Notes under the pieces: generated by a model
The model's input: only the letters and a program-made list of their open reading frames with translations
Told to the model about the DNA's origin: nothing
Databases searched by the model: none
Source of the DNA: Camelus ferus
Lineage: Eukaryota
Direction: 5' to 3'
Assembly (NCBI RefSeq): GCF_009834535.1
Contig: NC_045696.1
Coordinates: 1,240,001 to 1,304,000 of the forward strand
DNA length: 64,000 nt
Part shown: positions 12,579 through 26,750 of the stretch, in pieces
Position numbering within the stretch: the stretch's first letter is position 1
How the letters are laid out: the number at the start of each line of letters is the position of its first letter
Made by a program: the position numbers and the translations under genes

Positions 12579-15500
12579 GAGGACATCTCCGGTCCTGTCT
12601 CCGTGACAGCGTCTCATGCTCGCTCTGGCCGCTCGCGGCACGGAGGAAGCTCATGCAGGTGGTCACGTCAGCACGCACACAGAGGACATGGGGAGGCGCC
12701 TCGGGGACAGGGCTCTTGGCTGAATTACATTCATACAGTGTCCGGATTCAGAAACAGAATTACAAGCATGTGACTCAAAGTCTGGAGAAGCAAACAGCTT
12801 TCGGGGCCGACTCCATGGATAGCCCCCACACAGGCTGCCTCTGGCCGTTGGTGGCTGTGTCCGGAAGGACGGCCCTGGTCCCTGACGAGTCACCAGCCCA
12901 CCCTGAGAGAATCCCTGGGGCTGAGGGCTCGTTCCTGCAAACAGCAGACGGGGCGGTGCAGACGCTGCCGGGAACAGGCGCTCAGTCAGGACCGAGTCAG
13001 ACCCTCCCCCTCCAGGCCGTGGGTGCGCAGAGCCCAGGGGGCCGTCACGGGACACGCCGGGGACAGGGACACACAGAACGGGACACACGTGATCGCAGCA
13101 CTCTGCCCTTCCCGTCTGTATCCTTTTGATAAAAAGAAACCTTCTGAGAGATTCACCAATTTCACAGAATTTAGAGCTAATTTTACTCCTCACGCTCAAT
13201 CAAGCTTATGGTTGGGAGAGACCTTGTATTTTGGTGTAAACTATTTTAGAAATGAAAAAACCCAGATGCTTCTTTTTGTTTTTGTTTGTTTTTGGAGGAA
13301 AAGGGCAGGTGGGCAGCCCCCCTCCCAGCGCTGCCTGGCTCCTCCCGCTCTGCCTGCCCCGAGGGGACGGGCCAGGCCCGTGTCAGACCACCAGGAAGGC
13401 CGTGATTGTAGAGTCTGGAGAGCAACAAGGTTATTTAAATAAAATAAATTCCACAGAAATTAATGCCTTGCGGGAATCTGGCGTGTACTCTTTAAGACAT
13501 AATTGCTTCTGATGTAACAAAAGCCTCCGAGACAGGCAAAGGTGAAAGGTCCAGCGAGGACTGAGTCGTGGCCGTGGGCTCCGGTGTCCCTGCCTGTGGG
13601 GGGGGGGGTCCCTGCCTGGGGGGATGGGGGCCCGGCCCTGGCGGGCGGGGGGAGGGCTGAGGAAAGCGGGCACAGCGGCCCCCACTCGGCCCCCAGGTGG
13701 GCCCTGGCCTGGGTCACAAAACGAGACTTCTCTCCAACGTGGGCCGTCCTGCCCACAGTCGGCTGCCCAGGGCGCCCGGGCACTGCAGGACGGCCAGTGT
13801 CTCCGCAGGATTCACAGCCCAGGTTTAGCCAACAAGGCAGGACGGAAACCCTCCCAACCCCTGCTGGTCAAAATGTCCTCAAAACTCGATTGTTCTCAAG
13901 AGATCAAGTTCTTGGTTGTGGCAGATTCTCTAAGCTCCCTCTAAAACCCAGAATAAGGACCCTGGGTACAAAGTAACACCCAGGCAGTCCTATACGGGGT
14001 GCATGGCGAGCACTGGGGGTGGGGTCAAGGCGGAGTCCCCTGATTTGCCTCACGGAGGGGTGACATTTCCTTCCCTTCCCTGCCCGCAGGGGCGCTGCTC
14101 CAGCTGCCCCGTCTGAGGCGTCGCTTCCTCCCGCCCAGCCCAGGGCCCGCCGGCATCCCCCACCCCAAGCCGCCCCGCGCCGCCCGGCCCCCAGCATCCT
14201 CCCGGGCCTGGTGCTCTCGGGGCATGAGCCCCCGCCAGGTCTGTCCTGGACAAGGCACAAGTCTGACCTGGGGAAGGCAGCCGCACACAGCTGGGGACCG
14301 CGAGGACCGCGAGGCATTCAGCCCCCGGGGGCGAGGGGGGGGCCACGCTCAGGTCAGAGGGAAAAGCCGGGCGCCCCGCGCATTCACGCGCGCGCAGCAG
14401 CGTCCACTGGACTTTGTGACCAAAATCCCCTTACGTTTTAAAAAGTCAGTCCATCCCTCTCCCCATCAGGAAAAATACCATTCACAGAGACAAGAGTGAA
14501 AGTGCAGGGGCCACAGGTGTTCTCTGAGTGCACGGGAGCCCACGGGGCGGGGCAGTCGGGGGGCGCCAGACCCCTTTCCCTTCATGGTGGAACCAAACTG
14601 GGCGCCCTGGGTGCTGAGGGCCCGAGCCCCTGCCGGGTGAGGGGCAGGAGGGGCAGGTGGCGTGAGCGGCCCTCATCCTGTAACCTGGACGCCCCGGCAG
14701 CGGGAACCCTGCCCTGCTCCCGCCCACGGGTGCACCACCTCAAGTCTGCGGGGGACACGGGGACACCAGAGGCACAGCGCTTGGGCTCAGACCCGCTCTG
14801 AGTGCACAGGGCCTGGGCACAACGACAGCGGTCATTTCCCTCCTGCCCATGGAGGGCATGGGACACCCGGGCACACAGCTTGGTGCCTGGACTTCGCTGT
14901 GGAGGGATCTGCCTCTCTTTGCCTGCGGCACCCACGACACCACCCCCAGAACCGGGAATTGGGGCTGAGTCGGCAAAGGGCAGGAGCCCAGGCCCAGGTC
15001 CTGGGAGGAAGCAGCGAGGCAGGGGAGCGAGTCTTCCAGCTCGGGGCGGGGGGGGGGGGGCACCGCTGCCCCGACCTCTGACCCCGCCCACCCTGGGGCC
15101 AGCCGGGTGCTGTGGGGTGCTGGGCAGCGCCCTGGGTGCCCCAGGCACCAGCAGCACCTGTCCCTGCCGTGACATCGACCTCAGCCCTGGTGGGACCCTC
15201 ACCACAGCGTGCAGCCTGGCCTGCTCTCAGCCTGAATCCGTCCGACACGTCACCCGCGTCTTCCACAAAGCTGGAAAGGATACTCTAAAACACAGCTTCA
15301 GTGGCTTTTCCAGGAATGAGTGTCCACTCACTTCACTCGTCCCCTCATGACGATCCTGGGGCGAAGGTCACATCTCCCTCTGCACTCAGAGGGAGATGCA
15401 GAGGGCTGCTCCCCGTGCCACCGCCCTGGGGTTCCTTCTAGTCCCGCAAAGGTAAACGCTGTTTAAAAAGCCTGAAGGAAGGGCCAGGGCGACTGGCCCT

Positions 15501-16030
15501 GTTTTGCCCACGATGTGGCCCTACGAGGGACACAGAAGCTTCTAGAGGAGGCTGAAGGCTGCAGGGCCGCCGGGAGCCGCTGCGCTGTGGGACTCGGGGG
15601 TGGGGGAGGGAGAGGGCCGCGGCCAGCGCCTGCGGGCGGGGCCTGGCGCCACTGTGGGACGGTTCCCTCAGGTTCCTACCCTCTCTGCTTCCTCGCCTCC
15701 TCCACATTGAAATGCTGTTTTGCAATGAAAATAACGTGGTGCAAGAGTGACCTGACCAATTACTCCTTATTTTATAAACCATGGTCCTAGTTCTGAATAA
15801 GTTAATTATTCAAGAATTTCACACAAAGTAATTTCTATTTTCCTAAACTTCAGGAAGCCCTACTCAGTAGAACTCAATTTCTAAATGTAAACTGAGATTG
15901 AAAGCAATCACTGGAGAATTCAGAAGGGGAGATGCCACCGTGGAGAGACGCCGGCGGGGCCCCGACGCCAGCCCCCCCCCACGCCCCACCCTCCCCGGTC
16001 CAGGTGTGAGGGTCCGGCCGCACTGCACCG

Positions 16031-16210
16031 TCAGGGTGTGAGTGAGAACTGGTCCTGCTCCGTGGGCTTCTCCACCCAGGCGCCCAGCCCGGCCTTGAGG
16101 AAGGCCCTGAACAGACAGGCCTTGGCCGCCTGGTACTCCTTGGCGACCAGCTTGGACTCGTGGTACACGCTGGGCTTAGAGATCTTGGCGCGCAGTAAGC
16201 TGGGGGGAAC
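16031..16210 (-). CDS. ADARB1: ADAR2 terminal coding exon 9
   Basis: [35 protein letters not shown]...[18 protein letters not shown] at 16031-16033. Confidence 0.98.
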   Translation of the reverse strand, partial: VPPSLLRAKISKPSVYHESKLVAKEYQAAKACLFRAFLKAGLGAWVEKPTEQDQFSLTP

Positions 16211-17057
16211 CTGTGAAAAGATACAGACAAGTGCCGCTGTCAAAGCCCAGCAGCAGAAAACAAAGCTCAGCAAGATGTCCAAAAAGTGGCGCTTCAAACG
16301 GCTGGCTTCTGGGGGGCCCCCAGCGATGGCGCCCCCTGGGGGCCGCGGCAGGCAGAGCTCCAGCTGGACGCCCTCGGAGGGTCCGTGTCCGCCACCCGAG
16401 TGGCAGCTTCACGTTAAACAGGCAGGTGCGGAGCCGCGCGCCGCAGAGGGCCCGGGGCCCCACGCCGCCGGCCCGCTCTTCTGGGCAACACGCTCAGCGC
16501 TTTACAGACAGCGCCTCGTGTGGGGTCCCCTCATCACAGGGAGCACTCGAGGCCCCCCGCGGCACTGGCTGATGGTTTCTGGGAAGATCTTGAGAATAAA
16601 CAGGACAGCCACCAGCGGGGGACGCGCCCGCCACGGGGACACTGCGACCTCTGTGTACAGTAAAAGCTCCCGACCTGACTTACAAACCAACGGAGATGGG
16701 TAACATACGGACGCACCATGTACAGCTTTGCGTGGGGGAAAAGGGCTGCTGCTCCAAACAAAACAAGACAGAAGGGTTTAAAGACCTTCCTGGAGCTTTA
16801 ACTGAACCCCGAGCAGCACCCGGGCTGCGGGCCCGCATGTGGGACAGGACGTTCCTGGGAGGAGGAGCCGGGGTGGGGTGAGTCCCAGAGTCAGGCGGGA
16901 AGGACGGAGCCTGCTCTGATCTGCAGAGCCGGCCACGCTCTCGGCTCAGAGCCCTCGAGGACGGGCAGCCCCATCTGGGTGGTGGCGGGGACAGCAGGGG
17001 GGCAGTGAAGACAGGCAGGCGGGGAGCGGGGCGCGTGGCCGCGAGGGCGCTCAGTAC

Positions 17058-17236
17058 CTTGCCGTGCACACGCATCCAGCGACAGTACAACGCGTGCTTA
17101 CACAGGCGAGACGCGCGGCCCAGCTCGTCCTTCCCCGTGGTGGCGTTGATGACCTCGATGGCCGCGTCGCCCACCGTCCAGTTGACACTGAAGTTGGGCG
17201 CCTTCCCAGGCTGCCGCGCCTCCGCGTTGCTGATGC
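17058..17236 (-). CDS. ADARB1: ADAR2 coding exon 8
   Basis: CGTTCCAG|GCATCAGC ... GGCAAG|GTACTG; 179 nt; ISNAEARQPGKAPNFSVNW...RASRLCKHALYCRWMRVHGK. Confidence 0.98.
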
Positions 17237-19189
17237 CTGGAACGAGACAGGGGAGGTGACGCGGAGCCTCACGGGAGCCACACAAGAGACGTGTGGCACC
17301 AGCACGGGAGCCGCTCAGCGCTGCGGAGACCCAGCCCCAGGTGCGCCCTGCCCAGGCGCATCTCCTCCCAGCAGCAACCTGTCCGGAGCCGCCCAGTGCA
17401 CACCGGTCCGCAGGGAGGCGGCCAGGTTGCCCGAAACCTAAAACCGTGAGACTTCACGGCACTTCTGAGCTTACTGGGGGCTGAAGTCTCTAGAAGTGTG
17501 GGTGGCCCAGGTGCAGACGGGCCCCACCTCTGGGACTGATCCAGGGTCGCATAAAGCTGCGCTCCTTAGCGTGTCACACCCAGGTTTGGGGCTCCCGCCC
17601 GGCCCCTCCACGTGCTGTGTTCAAGACAGGCATCCGGCTCCTCCACCAGCGCACGGCGGCGCCCTCTCACCACGCCGCGCTCGCCCGCTAACTCAGCGGA
17701 GGCTCGCTGTGTGGCGCTGAGCGGAGAGGCGCTCGGGGGACGGGGCTGAGCACACACGACCACCGTGTGCACAGCCTGGTGATTCAACCTCGGGGACGAC
17801 ACGAGGCCACGCAAATTGCGGCTCCCAGACCTGGGCCAGGGCCGAGCCCCTTGCACTGACGGAGCTCCACCGGCTGCGCTCGCCCGGCCCGGTGCGCAGC
17901 CGGCGGGGTGTCCCCAGGGCCCGGGCCACTTCCAGTGCAAAGGCCTCTCTTCCTGAGGGCCGGGTGGCAGCTCGTCTGAAAGCAGCAAGAAAATTCACAT
18001 TTACAGGCCACAACGCTGGGACACGCAGTTAAGGGACGATAGGTGTTGAATGTGCAATCAGGGCCCTTTCCGTGGGGATGAGGGGGCGCCTGCTCCGCCC
18101 GGCCTCACCAGTGCCCTTCCCGCCCGGGTGCGTGTTGCACGGACACGCGGAGAGGCGGCGCCGCCTGTAACTGCACCCGACGGCTCCTTAGCGCCTGGGG
18201 TTTAACACTAGTCCCTGGACATGGCGGGACAGCTTCTCCTGTGGGAGGAGGGGCGGGGCGCTGGGCTCCCCTCAGGCTCGTGGGCTCTGCACCAGGTTTT
18301 GCAGTGGGTCGCAGTGACTCCAGGTTACAGGGCACCCAGTGATACCCCATCTACAGGAAGGCACAGATTCCTCCAACCACAAATCTGACCAGTTCCTACT
18401 GACCTTCTGTTTTGGCACCTGAATTCTACTGGCCACGGTGGCCACCTCTAAGGTCTTTTCTGAGCCCCTGGGGGGCGGCCCAGTGCCCACTGAGCAGCTC
18501 ACACAGTCCTCCTGCCGACGTGATGACGAACTTGAGAGTGGGGTCAGGTTCCACCCAGGGAGCCAGGCCCAGGCTGCTCGACGGGGCAAGGGTGGAAAAT
18601 GCCCACAGACAGAGCAGAGTGCAGGTCACCCTGCTGGTCCTGGGTCTGACCTATGGCTGACCCTCCCCAAGCTTCAGACCCACCTCTCCACCGCCTCTCA
18701 CACTGCACACCCCGCATCTGCCTGGGGTGACAGGACGGGAGGGGCCGGGGTCAGCTCCTATGGGAACAGCCCTCCCGGTCCCTGCCCTGCTGCTAAGCAG
18801 ACGCACTGCCGGGGCCTGTCCTGAAGCAGCAGCAGCAGGAACTTTCATCTCAGATCCTTCCTTGTCTCACTTCCCATTCGTCTGGCTGCTGCCCTAAGTT
18901 CACACATCCCAAGTGAAGCACCTGGAATTCTCGCCTCAGTCTCTGCCCAGCCTAGGACCGGGAGGCATGAAGCAAACCTCTGAGTAATAATCCTATAAAA
19001 CCTGCCAGCCTGGATGACCGGGTGCGTGACTGAGCCCACAGACTCCTGGGACTGAGAGCACAGGGAGACCAAGGCGCCCAGAGTCTGGAGGACAGGGGCC
19101 CTGGGGTGTCCAGCGTGGGCTGGTCAGAGCACATATATTACTTGGCGCTGTGGAAGGACCACCTGCAGGGCGAGAGGAGAGTGCCCAGC

Positions 19190-22100
19190 ACCCACATGGG
19201 ACACACAGACACAAGATACACACTTGCAGAGATGAAAACCACCACACAGCTGAGTGAAAACGCTCTTGATGGAATTAACCACAGAATAAAAACTGTGGAA
19301 TGAGTGAACTTAAAGATACAGTAACAAAAACTGTCTAAAATGAAATAGAGAGGAAAAAAGGAATTGGAAAAAAAAAAACCCCAGAAAATCAGAGAGCTGT
19401 TGGACAAATTTCAGCAGCCCAATATACATGCAACTGGAGTTCCTAAATGAGAGAAGAGAGAAGGGAGGGCAGAAAAAATATCTGCAGAAAAAATCTCAAA
19501 AAAATTTCCAAATTTGGTGAAATCAGTGAGTCCACAGGTCTGTGAACCTCTGTGAAGCCCAATACAAGGAATGTGCAAAAAGCCAAAGCACGTCGTAACA
19601 AATCGCTCCGCAGCAGCATCAAGAGAAAGCACGATGGCCAGGGAGAAGACACACCAGCCCCGAGGGACAAAGACACGGACCGCCGAAGATGTCTCACCGG
19701 AAGCGGTGCCGACAGGACGGCTGGGGAACAGCATCTCTAAAGTGCCAGGAAGTCCAGCAGTGCCCCGGAAATAGGGTTCAAAAATGAAAGCAAACTAAGT
19801 ATGTGTTCAGACATGCCAAAGCTGAAAGAATTCATCATTAGAAGCCACGCACTGCACGGAATGGGAGAGGAAGTCCTTCAGGCAGAGGGAGATGAGGGTC
19901 CACACAAAGGAGCGAGGAGTGCCAGAAGCGGTAAACCTCCCCCAAAGCTGACGACTGAAACAAAAGTAGCAGTGCGGGATGTCTAACATGCGTGAGAGCT
20001 AAACGGATGACAACAGCACGACAGGGGCAGGACAGAAACGGAAATGCGCTTTGTGAGGTTCTCACACTGAACACGAAATGGTCCAGCGTTGCTAGAAGGC
20101 AGATTGTGAGAAGCGGGAGGTGCAGACCACGAGCCCTAACATACCTGCTAAGGTAGCAAAACAAAAAGTCCCAGCTTTTGTTAGAAGGAGTTAGAGAGGC
20201 AAAACAGACTCAATTCATGCAAAAAGATGCACGAAAGAGAGGAAAAGGGAACAAAGAGTATATAGGACAAATAGAGAATACGTAGCAAGATGACAAATTC
20301 AGACCTAACCGTATCAATAACCACAACAAATGTAAATGGCCTAAGTACCACACTGAAAAGGCAGAGATGTTAACTGGGGTGGGAAAAAGCAAAATCCGAA
20401 TGCATGCTGCCTACAAGAAACATAATTTCAACATAAAATAGTATAAAATAGTTTTAAATAAAAGTATGGGCACAGATACTGTGCTGCCACAACTCAAAAT
20501 TACCAGAGATAAAGAAAGTCATTTTATAATGAAAAAGGACATCAATTTATTAAGAGGAACCAACAACCCTAAATTTGTACCTAATCACAGAGCTGCAAAA
20601 TAGCAAAAATTAAAAAAACTGGAAAGAGAAATAGACAAAAGCAGAATTACAGCCAAGAGATTCCTAGCACCCTCTCTCAAAAACTGACAGGCCGAGCAGA
20701 AGATCACCGTGGACACAGAAGATGCACACGACACAGTCGATCAACCTGATCTAACTGACAACTGACGGGACACTCTCCCCAGCAGCAGACACACGTCCTT
20801 CCCAAGTTTTCATGGGACACTTACAAAGATCACATCCTGGTCCTTAAATCAATTCTTAATAAATTTAAAAGGACTCAAGTCACAAAATGAAACTAATTTA
20901 GCACAGAAAGATCTCTGTAAAATGCCCTAGTATTTTGAAACTAAATAGCAGATTTCTAAATAACCCATGAGACAAAGTATTTTAAAATGAATGAAAATAA
21001 CAGCACAACGTATCAACATTTGTGAAATGCTGTGAAATCAGTAAAGAAAGGTCTCTAAACAATGACCTCAACTAGCACCTTAAAGACTAGAAAAAGAAGA
21101 GCAATCAAAACATAAAGCAGAAAAAAGGGAGTAATAAAGATTAGAGCAGAAATCGTTGAGAAAAATAGAAAACAGCAGAAAAAAATCAATGAAACTAAAA
21201 GTTGGTTCTTAAGAGAAAAAAATCAGTAAAATTGATAAACTTCTAGCTAGACTGATAGGGGAAAAAGAGAAGACACAAATCATGATATAGGAAATTAAAG
21301 AGGAGCTACCACTGCAGCCCCCACAGACATGAAGAGGACAGTACATGAATGTCATGAACACTTTTTTGCCAATAAATTCAACAACTTAGATGAAACAGAG
21401 AAGTTCCCTAAAAGACACAAATCACCAAAGCTCACTCAAGAACAAACAGATCACATGAATAGCCCTGTATCTATTATAGAAACTGAATTTGTAGATACTT
21501 TCTCACAAAAAATCCTTTAGGCTCAGATGGAAAAAACTGATATCAAATCTAAACAAATTTCTCTGGAAAACAGAAGAGGAAGAAATGATTCTCAGCTCAT
21601 TTTATGAAGCCAGCATTATCCTGATGCCAAAACCTGACAAAGAAATTTTTTGAAAACCTCCCCAAAACTAGAGACCAACATCCACACAGACCAGTGTACT
21701 ACAGAAGCAAAAATTCATAAAAACACCATAAAAACAAAATTTTAGCAAACTGAATCCAACAACGTATAAAAAGAGTAATACATATGACTGTTAGAGTTGC
21801 TCTAGGAAGGCAAGGTTGGTTTAATATTTAAAGAAATCAACGTCACATTAACTTAAAAAAAAAACAACTCCACAAACAATCATTTCAATAAAGTAGAAAA
21901 AAAGCATCTGGCAAAACCCAACATTAATTCCTGACTTATACCCCTTAGCAAGTTAGGACTAGAAGGAAATTGCCTTAAACTCATGAAAAGGAAAAGTGCG
22001 CAGGCAGCGTCACACTTCCGGGTGAGGCTGTGCGCTTGCCCCGAGGCTGCACGTGGGACAGGCTGGCGGCTCTGACCGCGTTGGCCCGGCCCTGCACTGC

Positions 22101-24000
22101 AGGCCGGCCCAGGCGCAGGAAGGAGAGAGAAGTCAAAGGCGCCCAGATGTGCAGGAAGAGAGAAAACATGAGCCACAGGCTCGCACAGAGAGCAGCTTCA
22201 GTCCAATCTGCAGAAAAGCTGCTGTAAGCGCTCTCTCGGTGTCCGTGCAGCGGACGACTGGAAGCTGAAGTACAGCCTTCAAAAGAGCATCAAAACTAGG
22301 AAGCACCTGGAGCTACATCTGACCAAAGACGTGTAAGGCGGGGGTGCTGTCAACCAGGGAGCACTGGCCCGTGAGGAAGCGCAGGAGCCGAGTAAACGCG
22401 GAGACGCTCGGCCTCCGTCACCTGAAGACTCAAAACCCCGAGATGCTGGTTCTCCCCCGGCTGACCTGCATGTTCAGCACCATCTCAATCGAATCCAAGC
22501 CGGCTTCTGTGAACAAACTGGTAAGCTGATTATAAAATTGTTATGAAGATGCAAAAAGGACCTCAGTGGCCAAGACAACTTTGAAGAACTACAGAGCTGG
22601 AGGATTAGCCCCACCTGATCTCCAAATGCACAATGAAACTGCAGTTACCATGGCGTGATACTGGCTTCAAGACAGACAAGAGGTGAATGGAAAGCACCAG
22701 CGTCCAACACCAGACCTAAACATATACATGCAAACTGGTCTTTTAAAATATAAACTGAAAAAGCCCTCATTTTTGACAAAGGTGCAAAGGCAGTTCAGTA
22801 AAGGAGGCACTTTTCAACAAATGGTGCTGGAACAATTATCTTGGATGTTACAAAATGAGCTTCACCCTCACATCTATACAAACTTTCACTTCAAGTGGCG
22901 TCTAGTCCGAAATGTAAAAACTGAAACTAAAATTTCTAAGAACACAACATAGGGAGAAATCTTTGTGGCACAGACTCAGGCAGACATTTCTTGGCTACAA
23001 TATCAAAAGCATGATCCAACAGAGAGAAACTGATGAACAGAATTTTATCAGAAATTTTATCCATATCAAAATATTATCTGGTCTCTGAAAGACCCTGCTG
23101 AGAGAGCAGAAAGATGAACGTTTCTAATCATGTCTGATAAAGGACTTGTATCCGGAGTATGTAAGTCGCTCTCAAAACTCAGTAGTAAGAAACGAGAAAA
23201 GTTTTGAACAATGTATCGGAGAAGTCACACAGATGGCACCAGCACACGAAGAGAAGCTCGCATCCGTCAGTCACGCGGGAAGTACAAGCCAGAACCAGTG
23301 GGACACCACAGCCACCAGCATGTCCCAAACCGCTGCCCACACCAAGCGCTGGCTGGGGTGGGAAGGCCCTGGCTCGCTCCGGCAGTGCTGGCGGGAGGGG
23401 AAATGGTACAACCGCCTTGGGAAAGTGTGACAGTGTTTAAAAAGCTCAACGCACACCCAAGCCATGACCCAGCCTTCCCACCCCCACCCCGCGTTTACAG
23501 GAGAGGTGCTCGCACACGGGCGTTCTCGGCAGCTTCGCCTGAGGCAGTAGAAGACTGGAAACTGCCAGATACCGTCAACAGCTGCTGGATGAACAGACTG
23601 GCTGATCCCACAGCTGAACGTGACGCAGCGATGACAAGGGCTAACGAACCACCGACAGACACAGCAAACATGGAGGAGTCGCAAAATAATGACATCATGC
23701 TGGATGGAATAAGCTAGACAAAAAAGCACACATCTCATGATTTTTGTAGAATCCTAGATTTTGTAAAATCCTAGAAAATGCAAACTAACCCATTTTGGCA
23801 GTACGCATGTGAGCGGCAGGCATGGGGAGGGCTGGAGAGAGCAGGGGCTGCGGGGGTGGGGGGGCTGGGACACCTGGAGCTGAGGGCGGGGTCGGCGTCT
23901 CCCCTGCGTGGTGGCAGGACCGATGCAGACGCGGGTCAGAACACAGGCCCTGTAAGTACAGTCTGTCGTATGTCGGGTGTGGCCTCAGTGAAGCTCTGAA
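19190..24000 (+). mobile_element. Old, degraded, near full-length LINE-1 (ORF1 remnant, ORF2, 3'UTR), antisense to ADARB1
   Basis: ORF1-like sequence at ~19230-19850; endonuclease start (NVNGL-like AATGTAAATGGCCTAA at ~20330); FYEASIILMPKPDK at ~21600; NKWCW-like at ~22820; many stops and frameshifts. Confidence 0.9.
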
Positions 24001-24559
24001 AAACACTACAGGGGCACGTAAGAAGGAAGAACACTGTTCTCAGTAAAAAGGTAATACTTGTTCATTGCGGAAAATTCCAAAACCTCACACACACCCTGGA
24101 GAAGAAAACGAAAGCGCCAGCAGGCCAGCAGGCGCTGCGATAGTTTCAGTGGTTGGCAAGCAGGCGGGATCAGTGTGACGCACCAACGATGAGCACGTGT
24201 TTGTCCGTCAGACATTCCGACTGGGTAGGTGTTGGTGGGGCCCTGGCTGCTGTCTTTAGAAAAGAGAAAAAGCTTATACGTAACTGTTAAAGGCGCCATA
24301 GACAGATTCCTCCCGTCGTCCCCCCCGATGGGAAGGAGCGCCAGCGTGCCCTCTGGAACGGCCTGAGACCGACCGGGCGCCTGTGAGGACCACACCTCAG
24401 CACCAGGGGCAAAGCTGCTCTCCACCTGGGATCCGGGGCGCGCTGCAAGTTCCATCTCCTGGCGTCTCATTTAGGCGTTGTGCGCCCACAGCCACAGGGG
24501 ACGCTGTCCTGTGGTTGTTATTTGTGTTTCTCTGTCCAGTGTTAGAAGAAGGAGAGGTC

Positions 24560-26750
24560 AGCTGCCCTTTCCTGGGAAGCTGACGCACAGCTGGGATCGC
24601 AGCTCCCTGGCAGGCTGACCAAGCCGTCTGCAGGCTCATCAGAAGGCTGTCCGTCCCTCGACAGCGTTTCCAGCATCTTCCCTGGGAGCGCCGCCTGCCA
24701 GAGCTTTGTCACCCCCTCGGGTCGGTGTCAGCAGTTTCCGTCTCCTTACTCAGCCTTTGCCGCTGTTGCTGAGGCTTCCCAACTCGTCAGCGTTAGAGGT
24801 ACACACGGGGTCGTCCTGACGTCCCAGCGCCCTCAGGGCGCCCCGGCCCTCCTTCGCGACCAAGCCCGACGGCAGCGCGTCGCTTCGTGGTTCTCTCACG
24901 CCAGCATCGATTTTAACCCGCTCCCCCGTTTCCCTGCCTCCCCCTCGCTCTCTGTCTCCTTCCTTCCCCGGCCGCTGTTCGCTTTGCCGCACCTTCCTCT
25001 CCCGGGCTCCGGGCCCAGAGGCTGGCTCACCTTCACTCCCTCACTGGCCGGGACCCTGCCGAGCGGACCAGCGGCTCCCCCTCGCCACGTCTGACTCGTG
25101 TCCGCTGCATGGCCAGCAGTTTAAGTTCCAGTTTCGTCTCTAATCTGAGAATTGTTAAGAGCCTAACCTCTAAGTGGTTGAGCCATTCGACTTTAAATTT
25201 TAACCCTTTGTAGCCAGCCTTCAGTTTCAGCGCCTTGTGGTCAGAGAAACCACCTTCACCATCGATGAGTCTGGACTGAGCACTGAGCCCCTCCAGGGAG
25301 CCCGCTCCCAGCGCCACTTCCGATGGAGTCTGTCCTGCCTCCCACCAGCTGCTCAGGTCACGCCGGTATCAGTCACGTCCTCCAGAGAAGCAGAACCAGA
25401 GCTCGGAGAGTGGCCACGAGGGACTGGCTCACACCAGCTATGATGGGGTTGAGAAGTCCCTGCCGCCCGCAGACTGGAGGCCCAGGACAGCGGCGGCACG
25501 GTCAGTCTGAGACCAGAGGCCCGAGAGCTGGGGTGGGCGGGGCAAGTCCCAGGCACGCCGTGGGAGACGGTGAGCTGAGATGCCCTGGCTCCAACCACGA
25601 AGCAAGAAAAGGGGCAAGTTCTTTGTTCCTCACTTCCTGTTCTGTTCTGTTCTGCCCTCCGTGGATTAAATGCTGCCACCCTTGCCGGGGAGGGCAGTGT
25701 GCTTTACTGAGTCCACCGACTCCAAAGCTAGCCCACCTGGAAACACCTGCCAGACACCCCAGAAGCCATGACAATCTGGACACCCTGTGGCCAGTCAAGG
25801 TGACACACAAATTCCCCTTCACAACACCTTACTTTTGTTTGCCTTTATTTGGACCTTCTTTCCTGAGCAGCCTTTTGAGTTTCCCAGAGTTTCCACGTCC
25901 CTTCACTTTTCTGTTGTTCACAAAGCTTTGTCATAAAGACCACTCAGCTTCCCAGGCTCTTCGCTGAAACACACTCGCGTTCTTCTGAAAACATGTTCCT
26001 TTTGGAGCTCTCCGACGCGGCTCCCGGTCGCGACCCGGCGCTGTCCCTGTCCCTGTCCCTGTCCAGGCTTGCTGCTGAGCTACCTCCTCTCCATCGTGTC
26101 CTGGATTTACGGAGCATTCTTCTCAGAGCCCGCATTTCTCTCTTACATGTCTATTCCATTTTGCTGGAGCATCCTCACCTTTTTCTTCCTCCAAAAATAT
26201 ACGCCGGAGAAAATGCTTCTCAATCTTTGAACATCTGAAAACTACTACTTCGTCGTAACGCTTGACTCACCCTTGCTTGATAAAAAAAAGCTGGGACCAA
26301 CGTGTTTTTCTCCTCAGAACAGGGAGGCCGTTTTGTCATTGTGCCGGCTTGCAAGGTCCCCGACGAGCGGCACATGAATCTGGTACTGACTGGAGTTAAT
26401 TTAGAAGATTTCGGCATCTTTCCTCTGCCCTCGGTGCCCAAACCAGAAGGATGCGCTGGGGATGGGGATTTTCATCATTAGTTCTGCTCAGTGCTCAGCG
26501 CATCCTTCAGTTTTAATACTAACGCCTTCCTTCAGGATCAGCGGTTTTTCTCCTGTTACTTTCTCCTCTCGATTTTCTGTTTCTGAGATGCTGCCAGGCG
26601 GGAGCCGGGCCTCCGCATCAACTGCCACAGCTCCCAGCTCTTCCCACGCCTCACACTTTTCTGCTCGGAGTTATCTGAGATGTATCTGACGCACCCTCCC
26701 CTCTCCCCGCACGAGGATGTAAGCTCCGTGGGGGGCTGTTTTGCTCTGCT
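24560..26750 (-). mobile_element. Highly decayed LINE-1 fragments (ORF1/ORF2 boundary region)
   Basis: T-rich, antisense L1-like sequence at ~26130-26600; boundaries uncertain. Confidence 0.45.

Larger units (their letters stand above)
11925..16030 (-). other. ADARB1: Predicted long 3'UTR (~4.1 kb)
   Basis: Runs from the stop codon to AATAAA at 11945-11950; contains AT-rich blocks at ~15700-15910 and ~13120-13520 in GC-rich sequence. Confidence 0.65.

Noticed and set aside
12000..16130. Alternative short C-terminus spliced to a downstream exon, as recalled for human ADAR2
   Set aside because: I could not identify a convincing donor/acceptor pair.
16038..16703. 221-aa plus-strand ORF
   Set aside because: Antisense to exon 9 and a GC-rich intron; no independent coding signal.
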